This document shows positions 59,448-64,000 of a stretch of DNA of 64,000 nt, piece after piece. Source of the DNA: Candidatus Omnitrophica bacterium UBA6215 (GTDB lineage: Bacteria > Omnitrophota > Gorgyraeia > Pluralincolimonadales > Pluralincolimonadaceae); the NCBI GenBank assembly GCA_002421665.1, contig DISH01000001.1, positions 5,410 through 69,409 on the forward strand, written 5' to 3'. Under the pieces are notes generated by a model. It was not told the origin of the DNA. It was given only the letters and a program-made list of their open reading frames with translations, and did not search any database. Made by a program: the position numbers and the translations under genes. Each line of letters opens with the position of its first letter. Position 1 is the stretch's first letter.

Positions 59448-59520
59448 ACCGGCTATATTTGAAAGAAAATCCCTCCTTTTTACGTCTATTCAGGCGTAGG
59501 GGTAACGTCCTATAATATCA

Positions 59521-59548
59521 TTGACATATCCCGTTGATGTGCTATAAT
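59521..59548 (+). promoter_or_regulatory. Near-consensus sigma70 promoter (TTGACA-16 nt-TGcTATAAT) for the ilvDBNC operon
   Basis: TTGACA at 59521-59526, an extended -10 TGcTATAAT at 59540-59548, and an approximately 75-nt leader before the ilvD ATG at 59628. Confidence 0.5.
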
Positions 59549-59627
59549 TTTTCCTTACAATGGCTTAAACTTTCCTTACGTCATTCCGAACGGGAAGTTA
59601 ACCCTAAGAAATACAAGGAGATATATC

Positions 59628-61286
59628 ATGTTTAGAAGCGATAGAGCCAAGAAGGGCCTTGAGAAAGTCGGAAGCAGGTCACTTATCTATGCCACGGGCG
59701 TCTCAAAGTCCGAGATGGGCAAGCCATTTATCGGTATTGCCTCCAGTTTTACAGACCTTGTCCCCGGACACACCCATATGAGGGCGCTTGAACGTTCCAT
59801 AGAGCATGGTATATATGCAGGCGGGGGAGCTGCCTTCGTCTTTGGCGTTCCGGCCATCTGCGACGGTGTTACCATGGGTCATCTTGGCATGCATTGTTCG
59901 CTTCCGTCGAGGGAACTAATAGCGGATATGGTCGAGATGGTCACGACGGCCCATGCGCTCGATGGACTCATACTTTTGACCAACTGCGACAAGATAACCC
60001 CCGGAATGCTCATGGCGGCTTGCCGTATGGACATACCGGCGATAGTCGTTACCGGCGGACCCATGCTCTCCGGGCGTTCACGCATGAGGAGGCTCTCGCT
60101 CGTTAAGGATACCTTCGAGGCGGTCGGCAGGTACAGGGCCGGTGAGATAACCAGGGAAGAACTCGATGAGCTTGAGTGCAATGCTTGCCCCGGGCCGGGT
60201 TCCTGCCAAGGGCTTTATACGGCAAATACCATGGCCTGCATAACCGAATCAATCGGTATCGCGATGCCGGGCGGCGCCACTGCGCTGGCGGTTTCGGCCA
60301 AGAGGGAGAGGATCGCCTATGAGAGCGGCGAACGAGTTGTCGAACTCGTCAAAAAGAATATGACACCCTCCAAGATAATGGATATGAAGTCTTTCGAGAA
60401 CGCGATGCGCGTCGATATGGCGCTCGGGGGCTCTACAAATACCGTCCTGCACCTGACGGCTATCGCACACGAGCTGGGTATTAGACTGCCCTTGGATATG
60501 TTCGATAAAATAAGCAGGAATACTCCGCATATATCCGACATCTTGCCCTCGGGCAGGTATTTTATGGAAGACCTCGAGTTCGCGGGAGGCATACCCGCCG
60601 TTCTCAAGAGGCTTAAACCGTTACTCAACGACCACATGACGGTCAGCGGGAAGACGATATTCCGCTTGGCGGATTCCGCCCGCATAGACGATGAAGAGGT
60701 TATCCGGCCGCTTAACAGGCCGTACCATAAAGAAGGAGGGATCGCCGTCCTGAAGGGCAATATCGCCCCGGACGGTGCCGTAGTCAAGCAGACCGCTGTC
60801 CAGGAGAAGATAAAGCGTTTTACCGGGAAGGCGAAGGTCTTCAATTCCGAGGAAGAGGCGATGAAGGCGATCATGACCGGCAAGATCAAGGCCGGAGATT
60901 GCATTGTCATCCGCTACGAGGGCCCGAAGGGCGGCCCGGGAATGAGGGAGATGCTCTCTCCGACGGCCGCGATCGTAGGCCTCGGCCTGGCGGACAAGGT
61001 TGCCTTGATAACCGACGGAAGGTTCTCCGGCGGTACGCAAGGGCCGTGCATCGGGCACATTTCGCCCGAGGCCGCCGAAGGCGGACCTATTGCCGCGATA
61101 AAGAACGGCGATACGATAGAGATAGACATCCCGTCCAGGAAACTGGAATTGAAGGTCTCGAAGTCTGAATTGACAAAACGATTGAAAGCGATAAAGGCGC
61201 AAAAACCGAAGATAACCACGGGCTATCTCGCGCGATACGCAAAGCTCGTTACCTCGTCTTCGACAGGCGCCGTTATGAAAGGCTAA
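59628..61286 (+). CDS. ilvD: Dihydroxy-acid dehydratase
   Basis: 552 aa with an Fe-S ligand Cys pattern and the [16 protein letters not shown] signature. Confidence 0.95.
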   Translation: MFRSDRAKKGLEKVGSRSLIYATGVSKSEMGKPFIGIASSFTDLVPGHTHMRALERSIEHGIYAGGGAAFVFGVPAICDGVTMGHLGMHCSLPSRELIADMVEMVTTAHALDGLILLTNCDKITPGMLMAACRMDIPAIVVTGGPMLSGRSRMRRLSLVKDTFEAVGRYRAGEITREELDELECNACPGPGSCQGLYTANTMACITESIGIAMPGGATALAVSAKRERIAYESGERVVELVKKNMTPSKIMDMKSFENAMRVDMALGGSTNTVLHLTAIAHELGIRLPLDMFDKISRNTPHISDILPSGRYFMEDLEFAGGIPAVLKRLKPLLNDHMTVSGKTIFRLADSARIDDEEVIRPLNRPYHKEGGIAVLKGNIAPDGAVVKQTAVQEKIKRFTGKAKVFNSEEEAMKAIMTGKIKAGDCIVIRYEGPKGGPGMREMLSPTAAIVGLGLADKVALITDGRFSGGTQGPCIGHISPEAAEGGPIAAIKNGDTIEIDIPSRKLELKVSKSELTKRLKAIKAQKPKITTGYLARYAKLVTSSSTGAVMKG

Positions 61287-61292
61287 AAATAG

Positions 61293-62966
61293 ATGACAAC
61301 CAAGATGAACGGAGCGCGGATACTTATTGAAGCGTTCAAAAAGGAAGGTGTCGGCGCCATATTCGGCTATCCGGGGGGGCAGGCCCTGCCGCTTTTCGAT
61401 GCCCTTTACAGTTCCGACCTGAAATTCTACCTCGTCAGGCACGAGCAGGCCGCCGCCCACGCGGCTGACGGCTATGCGCGTGTTACGGGAAAACCGGGTG
61501 TCTGCATCGCGACGTCGGGCCCGGGCGCCACGAACCTTGTCACGGGGATCGCGACTGCTTACATGGACTCGATACCGATGGTTATCATAACCGGACAGGT
61601 CAAGACGTTCATGATCGGCAACGACGCATTCCAGGAAGCGGACATGATAGGCATCACGCGCCCGATAACCAAGCATAATTACCTGGTAAAGGATGTCAAG
61701 GACCTCGCCAGGACGGTCAGGGAAGCGTTCCATATAGCTTCTACCGGGAGGCCGGGACCGGTCCTCATCGACCTGCCGTCGGATGTCCAGTTGGCCGAGA
61801 CGGAGTTCCATTACCCGTCCGAGGTCAACATACGCAGCTATAAGCCGACTTATTGCGGCCATCCGGGGCAGATCAGGCGGGCTGTCAAGATGATATCGGA
61901 ATCCAAGAAACCGGTAATATACGCCGGCGGCGGCGTCATACTCTCGGGTGCATCCAAGGAGCTTATGGAGTTCGCCGAGAAGATAAACTCGCCGGTTACC
62001 ATGACCCTGTTGGGTCTCGGAGGGTTCCCCGGCAACCATGAGTTGTCATTGGGCATGCTCGGTATGCACGGGACCGGTTACGCGAACCATGCCGTCCAGA
62101 ATTGCGACCTGCTTATAGCGATAGGCGCGCGTTTCGACGACAGGGTTACGGGAAAGGTTGACGAGTTCGCCCCGCACGCGAAGATCATACATATCGATAT
62201 CGACCCTTCGGCGATATCAAAAAGCGTCCAGGTCGATATACCGATAGTCGGCGATGTCAAATGTGTTTTAGGAGAGATGCTTAAGATCGTTCATCGTCCG
62301 CATGACAAGGAATGGACGAATAAGATAGTAGAGTGGAAGGAAAAGCATCCTCTCCACTATAAGACCGACGACCACCTGCGCCCGCAGTATGTCATCCAGC
62401 AGATCTGCGAGGCGACCAATGGAGACGCGGTCATAGCCACCGACGTCGGGCAGCACCAGATGTGGACAGCCCAGTGGTACAAGTTCGCCAGGCCGAGGGA
62501 ATTCCTCTCGAGCGGAGGGCTTGGGACAATGGGTTACGGGTTCCCCGCCGGCATAGGCGCCAAGGTCGGAAGGCCCGGCGCGCAGGTCTTTGTCATTAGT
62601 GGAGATGGTTCGATACAGATGAACATACAGGAGCTCGCGACCGCGGTCGTCAACAATATAGACGTCAAGATCGTCATATTGAACAACTCCTTCCTGGGGA
62701 TGGTCAGGCAGTGGCAGGAGCTTTTCTATGGGAAGAGGTATTCCCATACGAAGATGACCAACCCGGACTTTGTCAAGATCGCCGAGGCCTACGGTGCCGT
62801 CGGCATGCGAATCGACAAGAAGGAAGAAGTCAGGCCGGCTATCGAAAAGGCAATGCATACGAAGAACGTTGTTGTCATGGAGTTCATAGTCGAACCGGAA
62901 GAGAATGTCTACCCATTCGTTCCCGCCGGCAAGCGGCTTGACGATATGATAGGGAGTATGGCATGA
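61293..62966 (+). CDS. ilvB: Acetolactate synthase large subunit
   Basis: ThDP-binding motifs (GYPGG...; GDGSIQMNIQEL). 557 aa. Confidence 0.9.
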   Translation: MTTKMNGARILIEAFKKEGVGAIFGYPGGQALPLFDALYSSDLKFYLVRHEQAAAHAADGYARVTGKPGVCIATSGPGATNLVTGIATAYMDSIPMVIITGQVKTFMIGNDAFQEADMIGITRPITKHNYLVKDVKDLARTVREAFHIASTGRPGPVLIDLPSDVQLAETEFHYPSEVNIRSYKPTYCGHPGQIRRAVKMISESKKPVIYAGGGVILSGASKELMEFAEKINSPVTMTLLGLGGFPGNHELSLGMLGMHGTGYANHAVQNCDLLIAIGARFDDRVTGKVDEFAPHAKIIHIDIDPSAISKSVQVDIPIVGDVKCVLGEMLKIVHRPHDKEWTNKIVEWKEKHPLHYKTDDHLRPQYVIQQICEATNGDAVIATDVGQHQMWTAQWYKFARPREFLSSGGLGTMGYGFPAGIGAKVGRPGAQVFVISGDGSIQMNIQELATAVVNNIDVKIVILNNSFLGMVRQWQELFYGKRYSHTKMTNPDFVKIAEAYGAVGMRIDKKEEVRPAIEKAMHTKNVVVMEFIVEPEENVYPFVPAGKRLDDMIGSMA

Positions 62967-63481
62967 AACACACTATATCGGCATTGGTGGAGAATCACTC
63001 GGGAGTCCTTTCCCGTATATCAGGGCTTTTTTCGGCGCGCGGGTTCAACATCGATTCGCTGACGGTCGGCGAGACAGAGGATCCAACGGTCTCGCGCATG
63101 ACGATCGTTGTTGATGGTGATGAACGCACGCTGGAACAGGTCAAGAAACAGCTGAACAAGCTTATAGACGTCATAACGGTCCAGGACCTGACAAAGTCGA
63201 GGTTTATCGATCGCGAGCTTATCCTGATAAAGGTCGGTATCCAGGCGCCGAATGATCGTGCCCAGATAATCGAGATAGCGGATACGATGAAAGCGGATGT
63301 TGCCGACCTGGGCATCGACACGATAACCGTAGAGGCGACCGGGGAGACCCAGAAGATAGATAACCTCGTGGAGCTACTGAGGCAGTTTGGGATAAAAGAG
63401 ATAGTCAGGACAGGAAAAATAGCTATGTCACTTGATCCGAAGGAAAAAGGATCTAAAACTTCAAAGGAGGAAGAAGAGTAA
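62963..63481 (+). CDS. ilvN: Acetolactate synthase small (regulatory) subunit
   Basis: ACT domain (HTISALVENHSGVLSRISGLFSARGFNIDSL). Confidence 0.85.
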   Translation: MKHTISALVENHSGVLSRISGLFSARGFNIDSLTVGETEDPTVSRMTIVVDGDERTLEQVKKQLNKLIDVITVQDLTKSRFIDRELILIKVGIQAPNDRAQIIEIADTMKADVADLGIDTITVEATGETQKIDNLVELLRQFGIKEIVRTGKIAMSLDPKEKGSKTSKEEEE

Positions 63482-64000
63482 ATGGCAAAGATATACTATG
63501 ATAAAGACGCTGACCTCGATGTTTTAAAGGACAAGACGATAGCGATAATCGGTTATGGTATCCAGGGCCGCGGGCAGTCGCTTTGCCTGAGAGATTCAGG
63601 CTGCAATGTAGTGGTCTCCGAGATGGCAGGCACCGTCAATTATGAGCAGGCGAAGAAAGACGGTTTTGAGCCCGTCTCGGCCGCCGAAGCCGCGAAGAAG
63701 GCCGACATAATCCAGATACTTACGCAGGACCACGTGCAGGCAAAAGTTTATAAGGAAAGCATAAAGCCGAACCTCAAGAAGGGCAAGGCTCTCTGCTTCT
63801 CGCATGGGTTCAATATCCGTTTCAAACAGATAAAGCCGCCGAAGAACGTCGATGTCTTCATGATAGCTCCCAAGGGCCCGGGCGCTTTGGTGCGCAGGAT
63901 GTATGAGGAGGGTAAGGGTGTCCCCTCGCTTATTGCCATATATCAGGATGCCACCGGCAACGCCAAGAAGATAGCCCTCGCATACGCCAAGGGCATAAAG
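63482..64000 (+). CDS. ilvC: Ketol-acid reductoisomerase (5' partial; runs off the window)
   Basis: [12 protein letters not shown]...[24 protein letters not shown]-binding N-terminus. TAATG overlap with ilvN. Confidence 0.9.
   Translation, partial: MAKIYYDKDADLDVLKDKTIAIIGYGIQGRGQSLCLRDSGCNVVVSEMAGTVNYEQAKKDGFEPVSAAEAAKKADIIQILTQDHVQAKVYKESIKPNLKKGKALCFSHGFNIRFKQIKPPKNVDVFMIAPKGPGALVRRMYEEGKGVPSLIAIYQDATGNAKKIALAYAKGIK

Noticed and set aside
60621-62039. 472-aa ORF on the - strand antisense to ilvD/ilvB
   Set aside because: It is a shadow ORF in a GC-rich antisense frame: Arg/Gly/His-rich and low complexity, with no motifs, and entirely overlapped by two confidently identified sense genes.
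1-64000. CRISPR arrays, IS elements, transposases, restriction-modification pairs
   Set aside because: Reading both strands, I saw no regularly spaced direct repeats, no transposase or integrase-like ORFs, and no methyltransferase next to the HNH gene.

Overview
This 64 kb window is a very gene-dense bacterial chromosomal segment of roughly 50% GC. From 7.9 kb to the end, every gene except rpsT lies on the + strand, and many neighbours overlap by 4 nt (ATGA/TGATG), indicating translational coupling. The content is mostly housekeeping: thyX, an ECF sigma/anti-sigma pair, leuS, secA, lnt, lysS, lolCDE, ilvE, mcsA-mcsB-clpC, an mlaEFD operon, yacL-ispD-ispF-cysE-cysS, tmk-holB-ricT-metG-tatD, mtnA, thiL, tsaE-tsaB-alr and an ilvDBNC operon. 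There are two tRNAs, tRNA-Leu(CAA) on the - strand and tRNA-Ala(GGC) on the +. The organism has outer-membrane machinery (BamD-like, LptE, Lol, Mla, AsmA-like) alongside Bacillus-type gene order and an mcsAB-clpC module. The parts most worth a second look are: (1) a TatD nuclease fused in-frame to a small radical-SAM domain, followed by a coupled CPBP intramembrane protease; (2) a low-GC, codon-atypical islet at 58.0-59.6 kb that carries a secreted small protein and an HNH endonuclease with an EF-hand/dockerin-like Ca-binding tail, just upstream of a near-consensus promoter for ilvD; (3) an AsmA-like membrane protein coupled to mlaEFD; (4) a PilZ gene coupled to comEC within a comEA-PPIase-comEC cluster; (5) an unannotated 55-aa zinc-ribbon ORF ahead of thyX; and (6) the prfB programmed +1 frameshift site. 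I saw no CRISPR array, transposase or integrase.
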